Assembly: GCF_009914755.1 (NCBI RefSeq)
Contig: NC_060939.1
Length of the DNA stretch: 64,000 nt
Strand: one strand, 5' to 3'
Origin: the human T2T-CHM13v2.0 reference genome, Homo sapiens
The position numbers and the translations under genes are program-made. Below are positions 37,991 to 51,187 of this stretch, piece by piece. The notes under the pieces were generated by a model. That model made no database searches, was not told the origin of the DNA, and saw nothing but the letters and a program-made list of their open reading frames with translations. Each line of letters begins with the position of its first letter. The stretch's first letter is position 1.

Positions 37991-39780
37991 GGGGGAAAAA
38001 TGACCCAAAGAAGTCCATCACTTGCAATGAATTCTGTGCTCTCTTGGTGCAAATGGGCAGAGATCAGGGCAACAGGAACTTCACACAGGGACCTCGACTT
38101 CAAGGATCTTGGGCCCTGGATCAGACGGCCTCATTCAAGGCTATCTTTGGCCTCATCTGCCCTGTAATCTCACACACTCAGTTCTCTACTCCAGACCCCT
38201 AAGCTGGAGATGCCCTTCTTGGCTGAGCATCAAAGAGTGACCCTCCAGTGGTTACCAGGAAATTAATTGGTGTTACTTCTCTCTCTGTACCTTCTCGGGG
38301 GGAGGGATGGAAGCTTCTGGGATGAGGTCCCTGGCAGCTGAGCTCATGTGAGGCCGTGCACATCAGATTTCATGGCTGATACAGCTTTTGATGTGTACTT
38401 TCACAAGGAAATGCTAGCCCCATCCCCTACTCTTTTTCCAGCCCTGCACTCTGAAAGGCAGTTGCTCTCAAGCTCGGAGATGTCAGAGGGGATGGCCGCT
38501 ACAGGTGAATTATGCTGCTCTGTTCACGGCCCTCAGATGATTGTGAATGCGTGGGCTGAATGGGCTAGATGTAAACGGTTTGAAGTGCCTTATCACTTTC
38601 CATTTTCTTTAACACTGAGTCCTTACTCGTTGTGCGACAATAGCAGTTTCTAGAAGGCGAGGTCTGCTTGGGTTTAGCAGAGAATTAGAGGTCAGGATAT
38701 TTTTTGATCAGTCTCTCACAGTGTTCGGCCCTGCAGCCTGAAGGTCTGAGAACACCGGCGGGGAGTGGGTGGTGGGTGCATGGGAAGGACGATGGCTCCA
38801 CGGTCCTGCCGTCAACGGTGGCTCTCAGAGACAATGTGGATCACCTCCGAGATGACTCTGAAGGCAGGTTGTCCTATGACAGCTGATAAGACAATCTAGA
38901 TGGTGCTGGGGCCCAGCTGGCCTCGGCCTGGGAGGATGACTCACAGCAGCGGGGCCTTGTTAACCTGTTTACAGTGAGTCATCGGAGCCCCTCCGGGCCT
39001 TGTTCCCTCAGCTGTAAAATAGGAATAATAGTAACTGCCCCAGCCGCCTCACAGGGATGTGAAATCCACAGCAAAATGAGCCAAAGGTGGCCTCCCGTAA
39101 AGCACCTACCACGGGTTACGAGGCATCGCTCTGTGCAGCCAGCACATTCTCTGCTTCTCGCTCTTGGAGCCATTGCGGTTGAGAACAAAACTGTCCAAGG
39201 GGGGGATGGGCACAGTGGCTAAAGACAGGGAGAGGTGAAGTCACTTGAGATTGAGATGACATCGGACTCTGCACATTTCAAAAATTCTGCTATCAAATAG
39301 CAGCTACCCTCAAGTCCTCCTCGACCTCCCTCCTTGGACGTTTGATTAGAACGTAAAACACACAAACAAAAACTGTTACGAGGGAAAGAAAAAGTGTGTG
39401 TGTGTTTGGAGGAACCTCAGGAAGTGAAGAGGAAGGGAAGCAATGTCTGTAATCTGGGAACACTGTGCTGGCCTCTTGATCCAGTTGTGGTCTAACCTCC
39501 TTGGCTGGGAACATGGGCCTTTTGTCATCTGGCCAGGGTCTATCTCACCAGCCTCATGTCCCCCTAGTTGCTCAGGGCTTATTACTGGTTATATATTTTT
39601 GAATGAGTGGCCACTGTGTTTTTGCTCATGCTCGTTGCCTTTGCTTGGAATTCCCTTTTCTCTCTGTGGCTTACCCTTCTTACCTTCAGAGGTAAATATA
39701 TAGGAAGCTAAGGAAATGTCAGTGCACAGCCCAAGGCCCAGGAGAGGCTTTAACAATGTGTTCATTTGGCATTAATTTTT

Positions 39781-40046
39781 TTTTGTTGTTTTGTTTTTTG
39801 AGATGGAGTTTCGCTCCGTCACCCAGGCTGGACTGCAATGGCCTGATCTCGGTTCACTGCAACCTCACACACTTCTGGGTCAAGCAATTCTCCTGCCTCA
39901 GCCTCCCAAGTAGCTGGGATTATAGGCATGTGCCACCATGCCCAGCTAATTTTGTATTTTTAATAGAGACAAGGTTGCGCCATCTTGGTCAGGCTGGTGT
40001 TGAACTCCTGACCTCAGGTGATCCTTCCACCTCAGCCTCCCAAAGA
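39781..40046 (-). mobile_element. AluS lacking the first ~35 nt
   Basis: Perfect TSD CATTAATTTTT at 39770-39780 and 40047-40057 shows that the truncation happened at insertion. Confidence 0.95.
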
Positions 40047-41335
40047 CATTAATTTTTAAAATTTAAAAAAAAGTGCTAAAGTAAGATACTGTATTTTGAC
40101 TACAGTTGGCTATGCCCACTGGCTCTTTCTACTCCATCGTCCCCTTCGTCACACCTGCTGTCATGTCTGTGGCACTGGAGGAGTCAGTAACATTCATACT
40201 GTGGTACAATGGCTGGCCTAGCCCTTCAGGGCCCTGGCACCAGCGGTCTGGCAAGGAGCAGGGTGTGGAGAGAGTATTCCTGGAAGCCCCTCCTACACTC
40301 GAAAAGGCTCACAATAACTTAACTCTAAATCGAATTGATGGTGAACCTCACTAACACAAGCTAAATGTTCCCCCAACTCAAGTTCTCCTTGGCTAGAACC
40401 CAAAATGCACAGGTCAAGCCTTGCCACGTGGGCTCATGGTATTTTAAGGAGCCTAAACACATTTTCTTTTTTTAAAGATAGAAGAGAAATTCAAGTACAA
40501 GATACAAAAACTTCATTTAAAAAAGGTGAATAAGCTCAAACATGTCATTATAACTACAGTTTGGGAAGACATGTTGGAATGTTTCTGTAAAACAAGAGAG
40601 AAATCACAGACTCCTGGTTAGGACATACTTGATGGAAACCTTTTTTTGGATATCTTTAGTTTATTAAAGAACTGAGAGAATATTCAAATACAAATTAATG
40701 AAATTTGAAACAAAAGCTATAAAGATAAGCAACAAAATTATTCTGTCATCAAGGAGTGAATTACACACATATTGTATATAATTTATTAAGAGGAGATGAA
40801 CTTTAAATATAAGTAATGGGTTTGTTCTTGGATGGTTTGCTTATCCAATTAATGAAGAGGAGAAAATCATATGAATATATTTATAAAAGATTTATATTTC
40901 TTGCTGATTTGGAATGAATCAACATTGACAAAGATAACATGAAACCTACAATATGCTGCTACCACAAGTACATTGGTGACCAGGTGTTTAGTGAGTGCCA
41001 TCAATTTAAAGAGAAATTATTGCAAAAGAAACCTGAAATGCCTTGAAATCTTGCAGTTTTTATATAAAAGATCCTTGATCCTTGATTTGAGGTTTTCCCA
41101 AATTGATAACAATCCTAAAAATTGTTTCTACAAATAATAAATTGTGAAATTATCAATAAATATTTTTTACTGATCTACCTGTGAAATGAAAGACTTATTT
41201 TAATGTTGTATTTACAAGAAAAGGTGGCATTACAAATTATTATCATATCAGAGGCTATCAAAGATTAAACAAACAAAAATACATATTGTAGAAAAGCATT
41301 TTAGAGGCAATTCAGGAATATTAATAAAAACGTTA

Positions 41336-41688
<353 letters not shown>

Positions 41689-42239
41689 GTAATTTGTTCT
41701 GATTTCTTTTCTCATTCTAAATTAATATTAGATTTTGTACTCGATTTTGGTTTTGTATCCTTTTGTTTAGAGAGGCTTCTACTTCCTCTTGCCAGCGCAC
41801 GTGCACACACGCACACGTGCACACCACTGAGTAAGCTTCAGTTTCCAAAGAAACTGGAACTGCCCAAGCTCACCCTTTCTGATTCTAGGCCACTGTCACT
41901 TCCTTGGGTCTTCCCTGACTCCCTGGTAGAGGATAGTGTCCTCAGCTCTGGGCTCCCACACGACAACGAGGCAACTCTCTCATTGCTCGCTCACGTGGTA
42001 TTGTGTGTATTCGTTTCTGCCTTCCCCAAGGGCAAGAACTTTACCTGGTGAATCTCTTTAGCTGTACCCAGCTTGGGGGCTGGCCTTGAACACACACATT
42101 TAAGAATGTGGGAGTCTTGGGGGAGAGAGCCCCATGGGTAAATGATGACAATCCTTGGTGCCCATGGCATCCGCACTGTGCACACTGCCTCCCTTCAGCC
42201 TCCGCCCCTCTGACTTCCGGGAATCTTCATGTAATTTTT

Positions 42240-42572
42240 CTTTGCTTTTCTTTTTCCCTCCCTCCCTCCCTCGCTCCCTCCATTCCTTCCTTCCTTCCTC
42301 CCTTCCTCCCTCCCTCCTTCCCTCCCTCCCTTCCTCTTTCTGTCTTTTCTTCCTTCCTTCCTTTCTTTCTCTTTCTCTTTCCTTCTTTCTTTCTTTTCCT
42401 CCCTCCCTCCCCTTCCTTCCTTTCTCTTTCTTTCTTCCCTTTCTTTCTCTCTTTCTTTTCTTTCTTTCTTTCTTTTTCTCCCTCCCTCCCTTCCTCCCTC
42501 TTCCTTTCTTTCCTTCCTTCCTTCCTTTCTCTCTCTCTCTTTCTTTCTTTTCTTTCTTTCCTTCCTTCTTTT
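42240..42572. repeat. ~330-bp polypyrimidine (CCCT/CCTT/CTTT) tract, the expanded tail of an Alu
   Basis: Read directly from the sequence; lies inside the Alu TSD. Confidence 0.93.
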
Positions 42573-42859
42573 TCAGAGACAAGGTCTTGCTCTGTTGTCC
42601 AGGCTGGAGTGCAGTAGCATGATTATAGCTCACTGCTACCTCAAATTCCTGGGCTCAGGTGATCCACCCACTTCAGCTTCCCGAGTGGCTGAGACTACAG
42701 GTGTAGGCCACCATGCCAGGATATACTTCAAAAATTTTTTTGTAGAGATGGGGTCTCACTATGTTGCCCAGGCTGGTCTCAAGCTCCTGGGCTCAAGCAA
42801 TCCTCCCACCTCATCTCCCAAAGTACTGGGATTGAAGGTGTAAGCCGCAATTCCCAGAC
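42573..42859 (-). mobile_element. AluJ
   Basis: Dimeric diverged Alu with AluJ-type CTCCTGGGCTCAAGCAATCCTCCC. Confidence 0.95.
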
Positions 42860-44171
42860 TTTGTGTAATTTTTTTCTTCTCTCCTTGCTCTCTGGAAAAG
42901 ATCAGATACTCACTCGCTCTGGGATTCAAATGTCTAATTTTAGATTAAAATATGTGGCTTCCCAGAGGTTTTAGTTTTACCATGGGAAAAGTCTTCAGCC
43001 CCAAATATTGACACTCTTAGTGGTGAGCTTGCAGACATGGTGAATTGGGGAGGGGTTTGGGTCCCAGGCAGCCTCCTGCCTAATCCAGGTGTCAGGCTTC
43101 CTGGGGTCTGTGGAAGGTTGACTGGTGTCAAGGAGATCAGGCTGGGGATGTCCAGGGAGTCCATAGTGGGAAAGAGGGAGGGAGGAGCTGAGTATGAATG
43201 AAGGGATGGAGATGTGTACCCAAGAGACAGAGGCAGTGAGTGGACCACAAGGAGAGGCCTGGGTCAGGGGTGCTCTGGGGGTACCCATAGTTTTCCTGCT
43301 TATTTCTAGATTCCCCTGGAGAGACTGGAAGACCAAGATAATCTTATCTGTGAGAAAATCTGGTTCATTTTTCTCTCTTAAACAGATCATTTGATCCTCA
43401 GTTTTCTCATCTGTAAAATGGGGAGGTAATCCTTACACACAGTGACAAAGTTGGGAGAGGCAGATTAAATAACAGATGTGACTGCACTGAACATACACAG
43501 GGCTAATCCCTGGTGCAACGTAGGTGCTCCATTATTGTGCATGGCTGACGCTGTGAAGGAGCCCGCATCTGAAGTCAGATGTGCTTGAATCCCAGCTGGG
43601 CTTGAATCCCAGCTCTGCCCTCCTGGCTGGGGGTCTCTCCAGCCTCTCTCCTCTTATCAGCACCATGTGCCTTTGCCAGTTTGGAAACACTTGAGTGTTT
43701 GAAGCCACAAAGATACCTAGAGTAGAGTTGTGTGGAATTCCTGATCAGGGATTTTCAAAGTATTTTAGGCACATAACCCTTTGTTTGAATGAAATTATAC
43801 ATTGAAGCTTAGTGTGTCAAACAGGTAAAATGGGGCTGGGCTCGTGGCAGCACAGAGTGAGGGGCTCAGAGGCTCTGCTCACTCGGAGGCCTGAAGACAG
43901 CCTCTGTGTCTTCCCCAAGAAACCTCCCCAAGCAACTTCCGCTACACCCAAAGTTCCATTGTTGGAAACTGATTCTAGTCTAAATGCCTTACTTGTGGTT
44001 GGACAAGGGAAACAGGATCATGGACAAGGAAGATAATTGTCCAGGATAACTCAAGAAGTCCTTTGCTTTCTCTTGGACTCAGTTTCCCCATCTGTAATCA
44101 GGAGACGAACTGAGATCTCCCCTATTTTCAAGTGCTTTCTGGCTGTAACTCCAGTCTAATGCATGATGCAA

Positions 44172-44185
44172 GCGCCACCTGGTGG
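44172..44185 (-). promoter_or_regulatory. CTCF core motif (CCACCAGGTGGCGC on the - strand)
   Basis: 14/14 match to the degenerate core CCASYAGRKGGCRS. Confidence 0.7.
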
Positions 44186-44823
44186 TGAGAAAGGGCCCTG
44201 GCAGCTGGAGAGAAACCCTGCTATTATTTCTCCAGGTTTAGGCAAATGTGAGCTTTTACGCAAATGATCCCACCTTCGGCCAGAGTGCTGCCTGTCAGGA
44301 TTATAGGGCTTTCAGGCTCCTTCTCCTATTCCTCATGCTCTCACACTGAAAGGAGCATCAAGAAGCCCAAGAGAGGTATCAGAGGCAGCTTGAAAATATT
44401 CCCCTGGCTCTGCCACTAACTCCTGTGTGATCTTGGCCATCCAAGTCCTTTCCCCTCTCTGGGCCTCAGCTCCTACATCTGCAACCTGAGGGGGTTAGGT
44501 GAATCCAGGGTTCTTAACTTGAGATCTATGGATCCATGGCTGGGAATTCTGTGAAACACTTGAAATTTTAAGAATTTTGTGTGTGTGTGTGTTTGTACAA
44601 GGTATAATTATGCAGTTCTGGAGGGGAAGAGTGGAGCTTTAATTGCCTTCTTAGAGAGGGCTGTTCCTCTGAAAGCGTTCTCTGGTCTAGATGAGCTCTG
44701 AGGGCAACCAGGGCCCAGGAATTCTAGGAGCTTCCCCTTTGGAATGCTTGTTCACTCAGACAACCCGGAGGATTTACATTTGGCAGATGCATCCAGCTCG
44801 ACAGTGGCGTGGAGACGTGCTAA

Positions 44824-45478
<655 letters not shown>

Positions 45479-46038
45479 TGCCTGGGCTTTCTTGCCTGGA
45501 TAGGCTCACCGTGGTCCCTGGGGAACTTCAAAGACAGGAAGAACAACTGGCAGAACTGGGAGGACACTAGTCCCCATGATGCGGCCTCTTCTAGGCCACA
45601 GAGATGGTCTTGTTGTCCCACCCTCACTCTTAAAGCCCCATTTGCTTTCGGAACCACTGCTTTCTGCAAAGCATCAAGCAGTAGGTGAAGGAGGAGGAGA
45701 AAGGCATTAGCCCTTGGGTCTCTAATCTGTGCCAGGTACTGTGCTAAGTATTTTACCATAACGAGTTCATCTGATCCTCACAATAACCCTGGGAAGTTGG
45801 ATTACTCCCATTAGATATTTGCAGACTTTGAGGCTCAGAGACATTTACTGACTTGCCCCAAATCATAAAACCTGTAGATGGCTGGGCTGGGTTTTAATCA
45901 TGTCTTGCAGCATGTGCAGGATTTGGAGAGGTTTCCCAAAAGTGGCTCTCAGGGCTTCAGGAGGCCTTCACACCTCAGACCTGGGCTGGAGGCACGGTAG
46001 CTCTCGGATGCTGATGCTGCTTCCAAGCAGGCAGATTT

Positions 46039-46077
46039 AGCGATTGCCCCAGCGATTGCCCCAGCGATTGCCCCAGC
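46039..46077. repeat. Perfect 12-bp tandem repeat (AGCGATTGCCCC) x3.25
   Basis: Read directly from the sequence. Confidence 0.95.
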
Positions 46078-47099
46078 TGGCCTTCAGACTCGGTTTGGAG
46101 GTCTGAAGACAGCCTCTTTGTCTTCCCCCAAGAAACCTCCATTTGCCCCCCATCAGCTAAAATTGCCCATTTCTTCTTTATTTTTGCTATTTGGATTTCT
46201 CTTTTCCTGGGGTGGTGATGGTGACCCAGAATCTGACCCTGACACTCCCTGGACCACACCCTGCTCTGCTCTGTTGCTGGGCTTGGGAATCACCCATGCG
46301 GAAGTCCACACCTCCCCTCCAGGGCCTTCAGACTGACAGTTTTCAGGGACCCCTCCCTACACGGTACAACAGGATCACACCTGCCTGAGAGCTGGAGTTT
46401 GCACAAGCCTGGTGCCTGCCCTCCCTGTGCTCCGGGCCCACCGGCCATGGCAGCTGAGGGGAGACTGGCTGCCGCCACTCACCTGGCTTGACCTCCCTGC
46501 CAGCCTTCGCACTTGGGGCTTCCCTGGGCATTTGGGAAACCATCGAGCTTTTGGATGTCATGCTTCTTTTTGCACATGGGACCTGAGGGAGCCAGGGCCC
46601 TGGACATGCCCCGCATTTCTGTCTAGAAGAGAGTCTCCCAATCCCCTTACCACCACTTCAACAAGCATTGTGACTGGGTCTGATACTACCTGTCCCTGCC
46701 CTCCGCCTCCCCTCCCCTAGTCACTGCTGCCACCAAATCATCTTATGTCCACATTGGACTATGAAGACAGTCCATTACGATGAAGTTGATTCATTCACAT
46801 GTTCCACATATATTCACTGAGCACCGACTGTATGCCAGTATGTCCTCTGCTCAGGATACATTCTTGTTCTGTTTATTTTTGTATTGTCATGCTTAGTGCA
46901 GGTCTGGACACACAGTGTGCATTCCCTGCATTTGCTGAGTAAATGAATGAATGGCTGAATATTGGACTTGTAGCCGACTGAACCCTTTTAATCATTGTTT
47001 CTAGATGCTGCTCTTAAATATCTGCCATCCTGAATATTGTTGTAGTCGCTTCATTGAAATGACAGGCAGGATTTTAACTTTGTCCCCAACAAATGTAAC

Positions 47100-47577
47100 A
47101 TGCTCGTACCAGGTGTCTTTCTGTCCCTCCAGACCCACTGTCACCTTTTTCCACCCCGCTTTCTGCCCCAGAAACTGACCTGTATGGCCAGGCTCACCCA
47201 TTCTTGCGCTTCTTGTTGGGTTTGGCCAATGGGTGCTCCAGCTGGAATCAGAGAGAGGGTCGGGGTGTTTACTCCGCTCACTTCCTCCCAGGGTGGTCAC
47301 CTGTGTCCTTCAACCAAAGGACACTGTTTCCCTTGGTGGCCTCCTTTCTATGCTTCTCTCTCCCTCTGGGTTTTAACAACTGCTTCCTCCCCTCGGCCCT
47401 TAGGCTTAGGAGTGGTAATGGCTTTGCAATTGCTACCCTGGGTTATAGCACTATCTTCAGATTCTTTAAATCTCAAGCACACCTTTGTAAATAGTCCCTT
47501 TAGAAAGCAATCCATCCTCACATTATCCCAATTTGAGTGTATTTTCTGTTATCACTGAGACCCTGACTGATATTACA
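47100..47577 (+). mobile_element. LTR33-like ERVL LTR
   Basis: GTTGGGTTTGGCCAATGGG and CACACCTTTGTAAATAGTCCCTTTA...CCCAATTTGAGTGT...GACCCTGACTGATA. Confidence 0.8.
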
Positions 47578-47615
47578 GTCACCCAGTGACCAGCCTCAGC
47601 TAACAACACTGCTGA

Positions 47616-48265
<650 letters not shown>

Positions 48266-48474
48266 TATACAATCCCTTTAAATTCTCTTGTTGGTTTAAT
48301 GAGGGAGAGGCTCAGTTGAGTGTTGGAACTAATACTCACAGCCTAAGTCATTTGCCAAACATAACTAGCTAGTAAGTGCTGGAGCTGGGATCCGATCCTG
48401 GGCAGATTCAGCTCAGAGTCTGTGTGCTTAATGACAAAGTGATGCTGCCGTACAGAGGAGTCTGTCGTCGACTT

Positions 48475-48800
48475 GTTCAGTATTGTACTCAACTTCATGA
48501 CAGCTGCAAATTAGATAAGCTTCATCCAAGGCACAGCTACCGTCTAGTTAGTGGCTCTGACCTCCTTCTAGATGTCAGTTGTCTTTTATCAATAGCCTTT
48601 GGCTAGAGTTGTTGAACTGGTTTCCGATCTACCTGGATGTATAACTATCCATTGCTCCAATGTCTTCACAGGGTTACCATGCTATGTACCTCCCTGAAAT
48701 CTGGATGAAAAGTATCTTCAACAAATTCCAAACTAATCTATTAAACTTATAAATAAAGGAAAGGGATTGAGTCTATAATGACCTTTTTTCAGTTAAGTCC
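48475..48800 (-). mobile_element. CR1/L3 LINE reverse-transcriptase fossil
   Basis: The reverse complement shows CR1 ORF2 landmarks in order: AAGGTCATTATAGACT..TTTCCTTT, CCAGATTTCAG, AACCAGTTCAACAAC..CCAAAG, GGAGGTC, CTTGGATGAAG, CTTATCTAATTTGCAGCTG (degenerate FADD). Confidence 0.7.
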
Positions 48801-50446
48801 TTTTCTTTCTTGGAATTTTCCCTTGGCTTCCAATTCACTTCCTTCAGTCAAAACCTTTGATGAATGACCCTTTCGTCGTCACAGTTTTAGAATCATGGGC
48901 TCCACTTGCTTTCTTCTAACCAATGCTACCTTGGGTGAAGTCTGCTGAGGTCAGATGCAGGTCAAGAGAGAAACTAGAAAGAGTTTCACAGTTTTATGAC
49001 ACTGATAGTCCTTTGGTGAGAACATGGCACACCAAGCTGGGCCACTGGAACACAAGGGTTGGCCATAAGGCAGACTGGCCCGCTATGTTTGGAGGTGGTG
49101 CCCCTGCAAAATCCCATCCATTGTGGCTGGTTTGGGGGCTATCTAAAGTCTCTGGATGTTTTCGGGTACTGCAGGGTTTACATGGGAGCAGCTAGTAGCC
49201 ATCCTGTAGATGTTAAAGATCAATTTTCAGACAGTAAAAGTATGGTTCATACGGCACTCTACCTCAGAAGTCTACCAAGCCAGAGCCTGAATTTCTTGGT
49301 CTTGCTTCAAGCTGGTATCTGGCCTCAAACTTTCCCACATGGATGATCAGGGAGATGAATGATCATCATTTGGGATGAGGGAGTCAAACAAATCCATGCA
49401 GATGTTGTCTTAGAGGCCTCTCATGCCTTTGTTCCTTATAGTTAAGGCACCCCACCCCTCACTGTAAGGGTTTAAGCTACTTCTCTGTTGAGACAGCTAG
49501 AGCACAGCCATGGCCTCCTACTAGTTCTTGGCAACACACACGTTTGTGAGCCAGGAGAGAAGATGGAACCTGATTCCTAACCCAATCTCTGGGTCACACG
49601 GGCAAGTACTAACATTTACCAAACCCACCAGAGTTCCCCTTGAAGGCAGCGAGAGGGGCGCCTACGTGGTCGACTTACAGAGCTGGTGTTTTCACTTCAG
49701 GAGTGTGGGGAAATCACTGTTTAAAAACACGGGGAGGGTTTAGTCCCACGCTTTATGCGAATCCTGTGTTCTGAAGGGAGAGACAGCTTTGAAGCTGCTG
49801 CTGAGAGTGCCTTGTGATTATACAAGCAGCAGTTGGCTAAATCAATGCTTTTCATGTTAATTAGCTCTTCATTAGAGCAGGTGGCCGCCCCAGAGGAGTC
49901 AGGAGCCGAGGGGCCTGCTAGCCAACCCCGTCACCCCGGTAACTCCATCCTAATTGGAAGGCAGATGTTGCGGCTTCCAAGGCAGATGGAGAAGGTGAAA
50001 CTGTGCCTTCTTTCATTCTCCCTCCACTGTTCCTGGGGAGGGGGCTTGAGGAGGTGGAAGAGAGGGAAGGGCTGTTAGCAACACCTGACCCTGGCATCGT
50101 CGTGCTCTAGGCCTGTGGAGGGTGAGCTTCCTTGGCACAACTCCCCGTAGCTTCGAAGACCAAGACCAGAGAACATGCTGTCTGGGAAGGCTTCTGACTC
50201 CAGGGAGGGAGTGAAAGCAAGTTTCCAAACCAAGGTTGAGTCAACTAAAGTATAGTCACCCCTGGAGTCAGCATGTGACATCCAGGATAATTAGGTTTTC
50301 CCATTCTCTTCTTTTTTAGTTTAGATAACAACTCTCTGGCTGTCTGCATTTCACTGTGTGAATAGGTTAAGAAACCCTATTTATAAGTTTAATGACTATC
50401 TTATTCTGGGAAAAAAAATACAAATTTGAGCATGCTTTGCTTCTAA

Positions 50447-50625
50447 CTGGGGTTGGCAGGCTTTTCCTGTAAAGGGCCAGGTGGTCAATATCTTAGGCTT
50501 TGTGGGCCACACAGTCTCTGTCTCAACTGCTCAACTTGGCCTTTGCAGTATGAGCACAGCATAGGTGATACCCAAACAAATGGGTGCGGTTGACTTGGCC
50601 TCGGCCCCAGGGTCACAGTTGACCT
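50447..50625. mobile_element. MER58A hAT MITE
   Basis: GGGGTTGGCA...CTGTAAAGGGCCAG...TTAGGCTTTGTGGGCCACACAGTCTCTGTCTCAACT. Confidence 0.88.
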
Positions 50626-50987
50626 GCACCTCTCTCTTGGATTTGAAGACAAGCGTCAGGTGGCTGTAACTAATGCTGACTGGCAGGCGGTGGCTGTGTG
50701 GACCGCTGTGATGGGAAGAAGCCCAAGGCCTCGGGCAGGTTTGGTGGGAAGGGTGGCTGGGTTTAGTGATGTTTGCCACTGGCCAGGTAGGGAGGACGGC
50801 AGCTTCGTGCCCTGTGTTTGTAGCCCTGCCTGGCAGCTCTGAGTGGGAGAGAGTGAGCTGGATTACAATGCACACAGGCAGCAGGTCAGTGGAAAGGGAG
50901 TTTTTGGAATGGGGGCGGCACTGTGCAAGGGCGGAAAGGACACTTTTTGTTTGGACACTGTCATTTACTCTCTGTGAATCTTTCAGA

Positions 50988-51187
50988 TATCTATCTATCT
51001 ATCATCTGTATCTATCTATATCTATCTATATCTTTTTTGAGACCGAGTTTCACTCTTGTCGCTCAGGCTGGAGTGCAGCGGTGTGATCTCAGCTCACTGC
51101 AGCCTCTGCGCAGGTTTAAGTGATTCTCCTGCCTCAGCCTCCTGAGTAGCTAGGATTACAGGCACCCTCCACCATGCCTGGCTAATT
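50988..51187 (-). mobile_element. Alu right arm (51033-51187) with (TCTA)n tail microsatellite (50988-51032)
   Basis: TTTTTTGAGACCGAGTTTCACTCTTGTCGCTCAGGCTGGAGTGCAG...GCTAATT. Confidence 0.92.

Noticed and set aside
38560-39200. Possible CpG-island promoter
   Set aside because: CpG density is elevated but looks below island level by eye; treated as an enhancer candidate instead.
39756-40052. Alu-derived ORFs (also 47619-47987, 28438-28710, 20294-20506)
   Set aside because: Typical Alu translation artefacts.
42100-42633. Longest ORFs (155-177 aa; also 23113-23501, 44820-45345, 59131-59552)
   Set aside because: K/E/R/G- or S/F/L/P-rich translations of stop-free purine/pyrimidine simple repeats running into Alu.
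49645-49662. Second CTCF-like site (GAGAGGGGCGCC); also 26198-26212
   Set aside because: Only the 3' half of the core matches.
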